32,000 nucleotides of DNA from Mycobacterium tuberculosis H37Rv (lineage in GTDB: Bacteria; Actinomycetota; Actinomycetes; Mycobacteriales; Mycobacteriaceae), in the NCBI RefSeq assembly GCF_000195955.2, contig NC_000962.3:2970001-3002000 (forward strand). The letters are read 5' to 3'. Below the pieces are notes generated by a model, which was given only the letters and a program-made list of their open reading frames with translations, did not search any database and was not told where the DNA came from. A program made the position numbers and the translations under genes. Positions 1 to 7,234 of the stretch are shown piece by piece. Each line of letters starts with the position of its first letter. The stretch's first letter is position 1.

Positions 1-16
1 CCAGTATCGCGCACCA
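1..16 (+). tRNA. Last 16 nt of a tRNA gene cut by the window edge (T-stem 3' half, acceptor 3' strand, ACCA). Acts as the attL core.
   Basis: CCAGTATCGCGCACCA is identical to 10983-10998, where it is preceded by ACTGG-TTCAATC to give a 5-bp T-stem and 7-nt T-loop. It ends in discriminator A plus CCA. The anticodon is outside the window. From memory phiRv2 sits at a tRNA-Val gene. Confidence 0.6.
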
Positions 17-62
17 GTGTTCGAGCAGGTCAGGCCTGGTTTTTACCGGGCCTTCGCCGTTT

Positions 63-83
63 CCGCGCAATAAACGCGCAATA
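63..83 (+). promoter_or_regulatory. Putative integrase arm-type site pair (P' arm): CCGCGCAATAAACGCGCAATA
   Basis: 21-bp exact direct repeat of 10833-10853. Internally it is 2x CGCGCAATA phased 11 bp apart. It lies about 45 bp inside the attL core. Confidence 0.55.
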
Positions 84-122
84 GTGCCGCCGCTGGGTGC
101 GCCCCACGGAGGAGTTTGCTAA

Positions 123-554
123 ATGACCACCACGCCCCGACAACCCCTGTTCTGCGCCCACGCCGACACCAACGGCGACCCGGGCCGCTGCGCCTGCGGC
201 CAGCAGCTCGCCGACGTCGGCCCGGCCACCCCGCCACCGCCCTGGTGCGAACCGGGCACCGAACCCATCTGGGAGCAGCTCACCGAACGATACGGCGGCG
301 TCACAATCTGCCAGTGGACACGATATTTTCCGGCCGGCGACCCGGTGGCTGCCGACGTGTGGATCGCCGCCGACGATCGTGTCGTTGACGGCCGGGTGCT
401 GCGCACCCAACCGGCGATTCACTACACGGAACCGCCCGTGTTGGGGATCGGCCCGGCGGCGGCCCGCCGGCTGGCCGCTGAGCTGCTCAACGCCGCCGAC
501 ACCCTCGACGACGGCCGCCGGCAGCTAGACGACCTCGGCGAACACCGGCGGTGA
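123..554 (+). CDS. Rv2645: Hypothetical protein, first gene inside attL (143 aa)
   Basis: ATG ORF with GGAG 9 nt upstream. Its stop overlaps the GTG of the next gene (GTGA). The N-terminus (LFCAHADTNGDPGRCAC) has a paralogous remnant at 11041-11334. Confidence 0.75.
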   Translation: MTTTPRQPLFCAHADTNGDPGRCACGQQLADVGPATPPPPWCEPGTEPIWEQLTERYGGVTICQWTRYFPAGDPVAADVWIAADDRVVDGRVLRTQPAIHYTEPPVLGIGPAAARRLAAELLNAADTLDDGRRQLDDLGEHRR

Positions 555-1549
555 ACACCGCGACCCGGGTCCGGCTGGCCCGCAAACGCGCCGACCGGCT
601 CAATCTGAAACTAATCAAGAACGGCCACCACTTCAGGTTGCGTGACGCCGACGAGATCACGCTGGCGGTCGGGCACCTAGGGGTGGTGGAAGCCTTCCTG
701 GCGGCGGCCAAGTCGCAAAACAAGCCGCCCGGTCCGCCGCCGAGCCTCCACGCCCCGCCATCCTGGCGGCGCGACATCGACGACTACCTGCTCAACCTGA
801 ACGCCGCCGGTCAACGCCCAGCGACGATCCGGCTACGCAAGACGGTGCTGTGCGCAGCCGCCCACGGCCTCGGCCGCCCACCCGCCGACGTCACCGCCGA
901 ACACCTCCTGGACTGGCTAGGCAAACAGCAGCACCTCTCCCCAGAGGGCCGCAAAACCTATCGCAGCACGTTGCGGGGCTTCTTCGTGTGGGCCTACGAA
1001 ATGGACCGGGTGCGCGACTATGTCGCAGACTCCCTGCCTAAGGTGCGCTGCCCGAAACAGCCGCCCCGCCCGGCCGGCGACGACGTCTGGCAAGCGGCGC
1101 TGGCCAAGGCCGACCGTCGAATCGAGCTGATGATCCGCCTAGCCGGTGAGGCCGGGCTGCGACGCGCCGAAGCCGCCCAGGCGCACACCGGCGACTTGAT
1201 GGACGGCGGGCTTCTCCTCGTTCACGGCAAAGGTGGTAAACGCCGTATTGTGCCGATCAGCGACTACTTGGCCGCGCTCATCCGCGACACCCCGCACGGC
1301 TACCTGTTCCCCAACGGCACCGGCGGCCACCTCACCGCCGAACACGTGGGAAAACTCGTCTCCCGGGCATTACCCGGTGACGCGACCATGCACACCCTGC
1401 GGCACCGATACGCCACCCGCGCCTACCGCGGCTCCCACAACTTGCGAGCTGTACAACAACTTCTCGGTCACGCCTCGATCGTGACAACAGAACGCTACAC
1501 AGCGCTGTGCGACGACGAGGTGCGCGCCGCAGCAGCAGCCGCATGGTGA
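551..1549 (+). CDS. Rv2646: Tyrosine recombinase / phage integrase family protein (332 aa)
   Basis: Catalytic signature present: RLAGEAGLRRAE (Arg), HTLRHRYATRAY (H-x-x-R), LLGHASIVTTERYT (His/Tyr). A SAM-like N-terminal core-binding region is also present. Confidence 0.9.
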   Translation: MNTATRVRLARKRADRLNLKLIKNGHHFRLRDADEITLAVGHLGVVEAFLAAAKSQNKPPGPPPSLHAPPSWRRDIDDYLLNLNAAGQRPATIRLRKTVLCAAAHGLGRPPADVTAEHLLDWLGKQQHLSPEGRKTYRSTLRGFFVWAYEMDRVRDYVADSLPKVRCPKQPPRPAGDDVWQAALAKADRRIELMIRLAGEAGLRRAEAAQAHTGDLMDGGLLLVHGKGGKRRIVPISDYLAALIRDTPHGYLFPNGTGGHLTAEHVGKLVSRALPGDATMHTLRHRYATRAYRGSHNLRAVQQLLGHASIVTTERYTALCDDEVRAAAAAAW

Positions 1550-1562
1550 GTCGCCCTGGCGT

Positions 1563-2027
1563 TTGCTGCAGCCGATCGGCGTCACCCCCGACAGGCGGCT
1601 CGTATTCGGCCAGCGGCGGCTCGAGGCTGCACGGCTGCTCGGATGGGAGCGCATCCCGGTGCACGTGTGCCACACGATCGCCGACGTGGTCGACCGGGCC
1701 AAAGCCGAACGCTCCGAAAACACGCTTCGCAAGGATTTCACCCCCTCGGAGCTGCTCGCCGCTGGTCGCCGGATCGCCGAGCTGGAACGGCCGAAAGCCA
1801 AACAGCGGCAACGCGAAGGCGGCGACCATGGCCGCCAGGCTCGATATTCTGGCTTAGGCTCCATGGAGCCTAAGCCAGAATCAGAGCGCGATGCCCACAA
1901 AGCCGACACTGCCATCAGCGAAGCCCTCGGCATCTCCCGCGGCCACTACCAGCGGCTCAAACGAATCGACAACGCAACCCGCAGCGAAGCTGGCTACCGG
2001 GATGGTTTAAACGGTTGGAGCGGCTGA
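1563..2027 (+). CDS. Rv2647: ParB-like nuclease/partition-family domain protein, apparently 5'-truncated
   Basis: LLQPIGV...GQRRLEAARLLGWERIPV and the ELERPKAKQRQREGG motifs are typical of ParB/Srx-fold proteins. Similarity starts abruptly at the TTG, 14 nt after the integrase stop. The usual N-terminal strand is absent. The reference start (GTG at 1659, from memory) would cut the conserved motif. Confidence 0.6.
   Translation: MLQPIGVTPDRRLVFGQRRLEAARLLGWERIPVHVCHTIADVVDRAKAERSENTLRKDFTPSELLAAGRRIAELERPKAKQRQREGGDHGRQARYSGLGSMEPKPESERDAHKADTAISEALGISRGHYQRLKRIDNATRSEAGYRDGLNGWSG
1846..1881. repeat. 36-bp perfect palindrome ATTCTGGCTTAGGCTCCATGGAGCCTAAGCCAGAAT
   Basis: Checked base by base; the sequence equals its own reverse complement and is centred on CCATGG. 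It lies in-frame (12 codons, SGLGSMEPKPES) in the linker of the ParB-like ORF. Confidence 0.95.
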
Positions 2028-2108
2028 CCGCCGGTGCCCGGGATGGGCCCCGGCGGCAACTTGTCCAACGGGCGACGCTCACGTCCACGCTTGCGCAGCT
2101 CATCTTCG

Positions 2109-2136
2109 TGAACCGCCCCGGCATGTCCGGAGACTC
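2109..2136. repeat. IS6110 left terminal inverted repeat
   Basis: 28 bp, matching the reverse complement of 3436-3463 at 25 of 28 positions. Confidence 0.95.
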
Positions 2137-2159
2137 CAGTTCTTGGAAAGGATGGGGTC

Positions 2160-2486
2160 ATGTCAGGTGGTTCATCGAGGAGGTACCCGCCGGAGCTGCG
2201 TGAGCGGGCGGTGCGGATGGTCGCAGAGATCCGCGGTCAGCACGATTCGGAGTGGGCAGCGATCAGTGAGGTCGCCCGTCTACTTGGTGTTGGCTGCGCG
2301 GAGACGGTGCGTAAGTGGGTGCGCCAGGCGCAGGTCGATGCCGGCGCACGGCCCGGGACCACGACCGAAGAATCCGCTGAGCTGAAGCGCTTGCGGCGGG
2401 ACAACGCCGAATTGCGAAGGGCGAACGCGATTTTAAAGACCGCGTCGGCTTTCTTCGCGGCCGAGCTCGACCGGCCAGCACGCTAA
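2160..2486 (+). CDS. Rv2648: IS6110 transposase OrfA (HTH, 108 aa)
   Basis: ATG ORF with GGATGGGG upstream. IS3-family OrfA with HTH and leucine-zipper-like region (ELKRLRRDNAELRRANAILK). Confidence 0.95.
   Translation: MSGGSSRRYPPELRERAVRMVAEIRGQHDSEWAAISEVARLLGVGCAETVRKWVRQAQVDAGARPGTTTEESAELKRLRRDNAELRRANAILKTASAFFAAELDRPAR
2432..2438 (+). promoter_or_regulatory. Programmed -1 ribosomal frameshift heptamer TTTAAAG (orfA to orfB)
   Basis: The zero frame reads ATT TTA AAG. A shift gives TTT AAA in the orfB frame, which is open from here to 3421. This is standard IS3-family behaviour. Confidence 0.8.
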
Positions 2487-3421
2487 TTACCCGGTTCATC
2501 GCCGATCATCAGGGCCACCGCGAGGGCCCCGATGGTTTGCGGTGGGGTGTCGAGTCGATCTGCACACAGCTGACCGAGCTGGGTGTGCCGATCGCCCCAT
2601 CGACCTACTACGACCACATCAACCGGGAGCCCAGCCGCCGCGAGCTGCGCGATGGCGAACTCAAGGAGCACATCAGCCGCGTCCACGCCGCCAACTACGG
2701 TGTTTACGGTGCCCGCAAAGTGTGGCTAACCCTGAACCGTGAGGGCATCGAGGTGGCCAGATGCACCGTCGAACGGCTGATGACCAAACTCGGCCTGTCC
2801 GGGACCACCCGCGGCAAAGCCCGCAGGACCACGATCGCTGATCCGGCCACAGCCCGTCCCGCCGATCTCGTCCAGCGCCGCTTCGGACCACCAGCACCTA
2901 ACCGGCTGTGGGTAGCAGACCTCACCTATGTGTCGACCTGGGCAGGGTTCGCCTACGTGGCCTTTGTCACCGACGCCTACGCTCGCAGGATCCTGGGCTG
3001 GCGGGTCGCTTCCACGATGGCCACCTCCATGGTCCTCGACGCGATCGAGCAAGCCATCTGGACCCGCCAACAAGAAGGCGTACTCGACCTGAAAGACGTT
3101 ATCCACCATACGGATAGGGGATCTCAGTACACATCGATCCGGTTCAGCGAGCGGCTCGCCGAGGCAGGCATCCAACCGTCGGTCGGAGCGGTCGGAAGCT
3201 CCTATGACAATGCACTAGCCGAGACGATCAACGGCCTATACAAGACCGAGCTGATCAAACCCGGCAAGCCCTGGCGGTCCATCGAGGATGTCGAGTTGGC
3301 CACCGCGCGCTGGGTCGACTGGTTCAACCATCGCCGCCTCTACCAGTACTGCGGCGACGTCCCGCCGGTCGAACTCGAGGCTGCCTACTACGCTCAACGC
3401 CAGAGACCAGCCGCCGGCTGA
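2435..3421 (+). CDS. Rv2649: IS6110 transposase OrfB (DDE/rve integrase core), expressed as an OrfAB fusion by -1 frameshift
   Basis: DDE-type core: WVADLTYV, HHTDRGSQYTS, SYDNALAETINGLYKTE. The frame is open from the slippery site. The first in-frame Met in the ORF track is at 2537. Confidence 0.9.
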   Translation, partial: KDRVGFLRGRARPASTLITRFIADHQGHREGPDGLRWGVESICTQLTELGVPIAPSTYYDHINREPSRRELRDGELKEHISRVHAANYGVYGARKVWLTLNREGIEVARCTVERLMTKLGLSGTTRGKARRTTIADPATARPADLVQRRFGPPAPNRLWVADLTYVSTWAGFAYVAFVTDAYARRILGWRVASTMATSMVLDAIEQAIWTRQQEGVLDLKDVIHHTDRGSQYTSIRFSERLAEAGIQPSVGAVGSSYDNALAETINGLYKTELIKPGKPWRSIEDVELATARWVDWFNHRRLYQYCGDVPPVELEAAYYAQRQRPAAG

Positions 3422-3435
3422 GGTCTCAGATCAGA

Positions 3436-3463
3436 GAGTCTCCGGACTCACCGGGGCGGTTCA
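3436..3463. repeat. IS6110 right terminal inverted repeat
   Basis: 28 bp, partner of 2109-2136. Confidence 0.95.
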
Positions 3464-3705
3464 TCGGCGGCCTTGCGTGCCTGCTCAGCCTGGCGGCGCC
3501 AAGCCTCATAGCGACGCCGAATCTCCCTCTCAATCGCGCGCTGCACACCCATCCGGAACTGATCCTGGACACGCTGCTGCTGCCGAACCCAACGCTCAAG
3601 CTCACGCCGGTAGTCGTTGACTGATCTCGCCACCCAAAATCACCCCTCTTGACCCTCTTGGTTCTCTTTTTGGCGGCGTGGGCGACCCGGCACCCCTAAG
3701 TCTCC

Positions 3706-3769
3706 GGGCCGTGCGGGCCGCTGGGAGCCGAAAGGTTGCTAAAGTTCTCCCTTTTTGCCCGCACGACCC
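3706..3769 (-). terminator. Possible stem-loop downstream of the capsid gene
   Basis: GGGCCGTGCGGGC (3706-3718) pairs with GCCCGCACGACCC (3757-3769) at 12 of 13 positions, with a 38-nt loop. There is no U-tract, so its function is uncertain. Confidence 0.25.
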
Positions 3770-3794
3770 GAAAAGGGCCGCCCACGCCTGGCAC

Positions 3795-5234
3795 CTACGC
3801 GGTGGTCTGCACCTTCAGCACGCGGAACGCATTGTCCACCAGCACATCAGAACCGACTCGGAACCAGCAGAAGAATCCGCGCTGTCCGGTCGGTCGGCGG
3901 TTGCCGCCGAACACGTGCGGCACCAGCTCCACCGTCGACCCGACCCGGTCGGTGATGATGAACTGCTTCCAGTCGCCAAGCACCAGCGGGTAATTGGTGG
4001 CGGTCACCGCCGCGTCCACGGTGTCCATGTTCGACACCTCCCAGATGTGTTTCCCGGCCAGCATCGGCGGGCTGGCGTGCAGCGATGGGAATTTCAGCGC
4101 CCCATTCGCGGTTTCCGCCTGGCGCAGCACGTTGATGGTGGACAAGTTCGCCGCGAACGCGCTGTTGGATTGAAAGCGCGGCGGCAACGCCGACTGCAGC
4201 GCGTAAACGTCGGCGGCTACAACGGCTTCCGTCCCCGCGCCGGTGACGGTGTAGTCCGCGGTGCCGGTCAGTGCGGAGACGAATCCGGTGGGCTCGCCGT
4301 TGCCGGAGCCGCTGACGAACGCCGCCGCCTGCAGCTGCTCAACCGAATCCGCTAGGACGCGGCCCACCTCTGCGACGAATCCGGCGGCGTCACCCTCAAT
4401 CTCGAGACTGAACGGAATCCAGCAGGAGCCACGGTAGCTCGGCACCGCCGGCTGGGCCAGCGTTGGCGAATCGTCGGACACCTCCTGGGCTTCGGAGTAC
4501 CAATGAGCCTCGGCGCCTTCGGAGGTCACGCCCCGCCAAACCTCGGAGGTCGTTTGCACCACCCTCGCCACCTGCCGGATCGGATTCGTTGAACCATCAC
4601 CCGACAGCAGAATCGCCGGATCCAGCGCCGCCGGGATCAAAAACCCGCCGGCGGTGTCCACCAAGCCCATTGCTCGCTGCTCGGCGGCCACCGCGGCCGC
4701 CTCACGCCACGCGGCCGCTTCCCGGTCGGTCCAGGTCGTGTGCCCCGCAACAGGGTTCGAAACCCTCTTGACGAACGCCCCCAGGTAGTCGCGGTTGCCG
4801 GTGGCCGCCAGCCAGCGCTGCGCCCACGACGTCGACTGCGGCGGCCCGGTGCGGCACAAGGTTTCCGCGGCTTCCGCCGCCCGCGACGACATCAGGCCAT
4901 CGCGCACACAAACGTCCAGTGTGCGAAACGCGATGTCGCGCAACGAGTTGCCCGGCGGCGCGTCGCCGTCGTCGCCGCCGGTGGGAGCACCGGGCACCAC
5001 CCTCAGCTCACCGGCCCGGCAGCGGCGCAGCGCCTCCTCGGCTTCGCGGCCGCGGCGGCGCTGCTCCGCCCGCAGTTCCTCGGCGTGGCGTGTCAGCGCC
5101 TGAAAACGTTGCGCCACATCACCGGTCAGGTCGCCCTCGACGGAGTCGAGGAGCTGTTTTGCCGCGGAACGGGTTTCGTCGAGGCTGAGCTGTTTGATGT
5201 CGCCATCGTCAGCGAAATGTTGTTCATTAGTCAT
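3795..5234 (-). CDS. Rv2650c: HK97-fold major capsid protein with N-terminal delta/scaffold-like coiled coil (479 aa)
   Basis: The ORF follows the prohead protease gene by 7 nt. Length, N-terminal coiled-coil region and synteny are typical of HK97-like capsids. I recall the annotation as a phiRv2 phage protein. Confidence 0.85.
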   Translation of the reverse strand: MTNEQHFADDGDIKQLSLDETRSAAKQLLDSVEGDLTGDVAQRFQALTRHAEELRAEQRRRGREAEEALRRCRAGELRVVPGAPTGGDDGDAPPGNSLRDIAFRTLDVCVRDGLMSSRAAEAAETLCRTGPPQSTSWAQRWLAATGNRDYLGAFVKRVSNPVAGHTTWTDREAAAWREAAAVAAEQRAMGLVDTAGGFLIPAALDPAILLSGDGSTNPIRQVARVVQTTSEVWRGVTSEGAEAHWYSEAQEVSDDSPTLAQPAVPSYRGSCWIPFSLEIEGDAAGFVAEVGRVLADSVEQLQAAAFVSGSGNGEPTGFVSALTGTADYTVTGAGTEAVVAADVYALQSALPPRFQSNSAFAANLSTINVLRQAETANGALKFPSLHASPPMLAGKHIWEVSNMDTVDAAVTATNYPLVLGDWKQFIITDRVGSTVELVPHVFGGNRRPTGQRGFFCWFRVGSDVLVDNAFRVLKVQTTA

Positions 5235-5241
5235 GAGAGAG

Positions 5242-5775
5242 TTACCAATCCATCAGGGCTAACCTGGCTTCGGCTAGCGAACGGGAAACGACTGCAAGCG
5301 ATTCCGCGCGCACACCGGCGATCTGCGCGCCCAGATAGGCCGGAACGCCGGTCAAGGAGACCTCCAACAGCGCCGCCTCGACCCGCACGATCACATCCCC
5401 TTCCCGGCGGTCCCGGATCGGCCGGAAACCCACCGAAAACGCGTCCACCACACCAGCTTTCACATTCGCCAGGGCCTCGTCGCCGTCCGGGGTGTTCGCA
5501 AGCTCGAACGCCCCGAACAAGCCGTGAGGCTCCTCACGCAGCTCGACGGCCCGGCCAACCGGGTAGCGGGTTCGAGCGTCGTGGGAGACCAGCAGCTTCA
5601 CCTTGTGGCCGCGCTCAGCGATGGAGCGCCGAAAAGCGCCAGGAGCGAACATTTCCCGGAACTCGCCGTCGAGGTCGCGGACGGTGGTCACCTCGCCATA
5701 AGGCACGATGACGCCGTACACGGTGCGGCCCTCACCAGGCCGCAGCTCGGCCGTGCGGAAAAGGATGCTACTCAA
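5242..5775 (-). CDS. Rv2651c: HK97-family prohead maturation protease
   Basis: FRTAELR...GRTVYGVIVPYGE...LVSHD...FSVGF resembles the S78/U35 prohead protease family. Start is uncertain: TTG at 5775 (177 aa) or TTG at 5802 (186 aa). Confidence 0.8.
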   Translation of the reverse strand: MSSILFRTAELRPGEGRTVYGVIVPYGEVTTVRDLDGEFREMFAPGAFRRSIAERGHKVKLLVSHDARTRYPVGRAVELREEPHGLFGAFELANTPDGDEALANVKAGVVDAFSVGFRPIRDRREGDVIVRVEAALLEVSLTGVPAYLGAQIAGVRAESLAVVSRSLAEARLALMDW

Positions 5776-5927
5776 AATTCGGCCACCGCCTAGCAGACGC
5801 AAGAAACGCGCGGAATCGCTTGTGGCGCATGGCGGCCGCTATCCGGGTTCCAGCCGCCCCGCGGCGACTGCCCGGCGTCGGCGGATGCCGAGATGCCAAA
5901 CTCGATTGTATCACACACAAAAGGTCA

Positions 5928-6554
5928 TCACCGGTCTGGGGCGAACGGGTTGAACTCGTCGTCGTCGGGGTCCCCCGCCGCCGCCAGCACAGCAGCCAAA
6001 TTCGCCTCAGCGCTTGGCGTGCACCCCAATTCGCGCGCGAGCACCAAAACGTCCCTCGTCGCGGCCCGGGCCGCGGCCACGGCAGGATGCACCGTCACCC
6101 GTCGGCTGCGGGCGTTCGTCGCGATGAAACCCTGTTCACGGTAGGCTGTTACAGCCTGCATGAGCTGATCCCAGGCGACGCAGAAGGAGGTCAGCACCCC
6201 AAGGTCGGACTCCTTCAGCAGGTTTAATGCCGCAAGCTCGGGAACGACGCGCCCCCACATGTCTTTAGCGCCTGGCGGCAACCAATCCGGGCATTCCGGC
6301 GCAACACGCTCGAACGCCGCCGGTGGTGTAACCCGCCGGCCGCCAGAATCACGGCCCGGCGAGCGGCCGCCGAGGAGTTTCAACTGCGCCGGCGCCGGCG
6401 CGGGACCACGCCTACCCATTTTCAACACCACCCTCCTCTTTCCGGGTTTCGGGTCGCGAATGCCATGATGCCAAAAAACGCCCCATAAAACTTGAGCGCG
6501 CACACGCTCTCCCACCGTGGCGGTGTCCGGTCGGGCGGTTGCTGGCGATGGCAA
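5928..6554 (-). CDS. Rv2652c: Phage terminase small subunit, P27 family
   Basis: GRRGPAPAPAQLKLLGG...PECPDWLPPGAKDMW...L..LNLL...D...L..FCVAWD matches the P27-type TerS pattern. Homology begins at Met46 (ATG at 6419), which has AGAGGAGGG upstream, so the real start is probably 6419 rather than 6554. Confidence 0.8.
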   Translation of the reverse strand: MPSPATARPDTATVGERVRAQVLWGVFWHHGIRDPKPGKRRVVLKMGRRGPAPAPAQLKLLGGRSPGRDSGGRRVTPPAAFERVAPECPDWLPPGAKDMWGRVVPELAALNLLKESDLGVLTSFCVAWDQLMQAVTAYREQGFIATNARSRRVTVHPAVAAARAATRDVLVLARELGCTPSAEANLAAVLAAAGDPDDDEFNPFAPDR

Positions 6555-6585
6555 CCCACCCCCCCTACCTGCGGGTTTCGGGTTT

Positions 6586-6909
6586 TCACTGTTTGCTGTC
6601 GGGTTCGTCGGGGAAGTGATACGGATGCCAGCCGAGCTTCATCCCCGCCTCAAGCCGGCGCTGCTCATCGTCGAGATGCATCGACAACAGCGCCAGTTCG
6701 GCTGTGTCGTCGTCGATTTCGTGTGATGTCGCCACCATCTCGGCGTACGCTCGGCGGATAGCCTCGAGGTCGCGCTGCCGTTGGGCGCGGCGCTGCTCGG
6801 CGGACGGAACGTCGGCCGGCCAACCATGTTGCCGCCCAACGCGATTCCGACGCGGGGCGTTGAGCCCTGCGGCGATGGCTGGCTGGCGTTTAGTGCGCTT
6901 GTGGGTCAA
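6586..6909 (-). CDS. Rv2653c: Hypothetical prophage protein (107 aa, TTG start)
   Basis: TTG at 6909 with AAGGAG 8 nt upstream. From memory it has been reported as the toxin-like partner of Rv2654c. No motif I can assign. Confidence 0.6.
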   Translation of the reverse strand: MTHKRTKRQPAIAAGLNAPRRNRVGRQHGWPADVPSAEQRRAQRQRDLEAIRRAYAEMVATSHEIDDDTAELALLSMHLDDEQRRLEAGMKLGWHPYHFPDEPDSKQ

Positions 6910-6988
6910 TGATGGGCTCCTTTCTCCCTGGAAAATGATGTGATCGACGGTGTTCCGGGTGTCCGACAGTCGGGTTCTCTCGGCGGGC

Positions 6989-7234
6989 TCACGGCGGATC
7001 ACCCCGGTCGACGGCCGCCGCCGCGGCGGCCGTCGCGGCGAACAAAACGGCCGCGACGCCGTGCGACTCCGCCACAGCGCGGACCAACGCTCGCGCAAGC
7101 TCGACGGCCGCGGTCCGCCATGCGCCCGCGGCGTCGCCGGCCAGCGCGGCGGCCGAAGCCTCGACTGGCGGGCCGCCGACAAGCTCGTCCGCGGCGGCCA
7201 GCAACGTCCGAGCAGCCAACGCGTGGCCGCTCAT
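6989..7234 (-). CDS. Rv2654c: Ala-rich small prophage protein (81 aa), the TB7.7 antigen
   Basis: The sequence MSGHALAARTLLAAADELVGG... matches Rv2654c as I remember it. Its ATG overlaps the stop of the upstream gene (ATGA at 7231-7234). Confidence 0.75.
   Translation of the reverse strand: MSGHALAARTLLAAADELVGGPPVEASAAALAGDAAGAWRTAAVELARALVRAVAESHGVAAVLFAATAAAAAAVDRGDPP

Larger units (their letters stand above)
2109..3463 (+). mobile_element. IS6110: IS6110 (IS3 family), complete 1355-bp copy with a 3-bp target duplication TCG
   Basis: Begins TGAACCGCCCCGGCATGTCCGGAGACTC and ends GAGTCTCCGGACTCACCGGGGCGGTTCA. These are 28-bp inverted repeats with 3 mismatches. TCG is present at both 2106-2108 and 3464-3466. 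orfA/orfB carry a slippery site. Confidence 0.98.
1994..3633 (-). pseudogene. Small Arg-rich coiled-coil ORF downstream of the capsid gene, split by IS6110 (reconstructed length 93 codons)
   Basis: GTG at 3633 with GAGGGG upstream. Removing the IS and one TCG copy joins ...AEQARKAA to EDELRKRGRERRPLDKLPPGPIPGTGGQPLQPFKPSR and a stop at 1994-1996. G/C is high at third positions by hand count. Not in the reference annotation as far as I recall. Confidence 0.4.

Noticed and set aside
30-422. 130-aa minus-strand ORF spanning the attL region, with overlapping small ORFs
   Set aside because: Antisense to Rv2645 and running across the arm-type repeat. No start context and a low-complexity product.
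3678-5711. Plus-strand ORFs of 225, 323, 102 and 89 aa
   Set aside because: Antisense to the capsid and protease genes. Their Arg/Pro-rich translations lack motifs.
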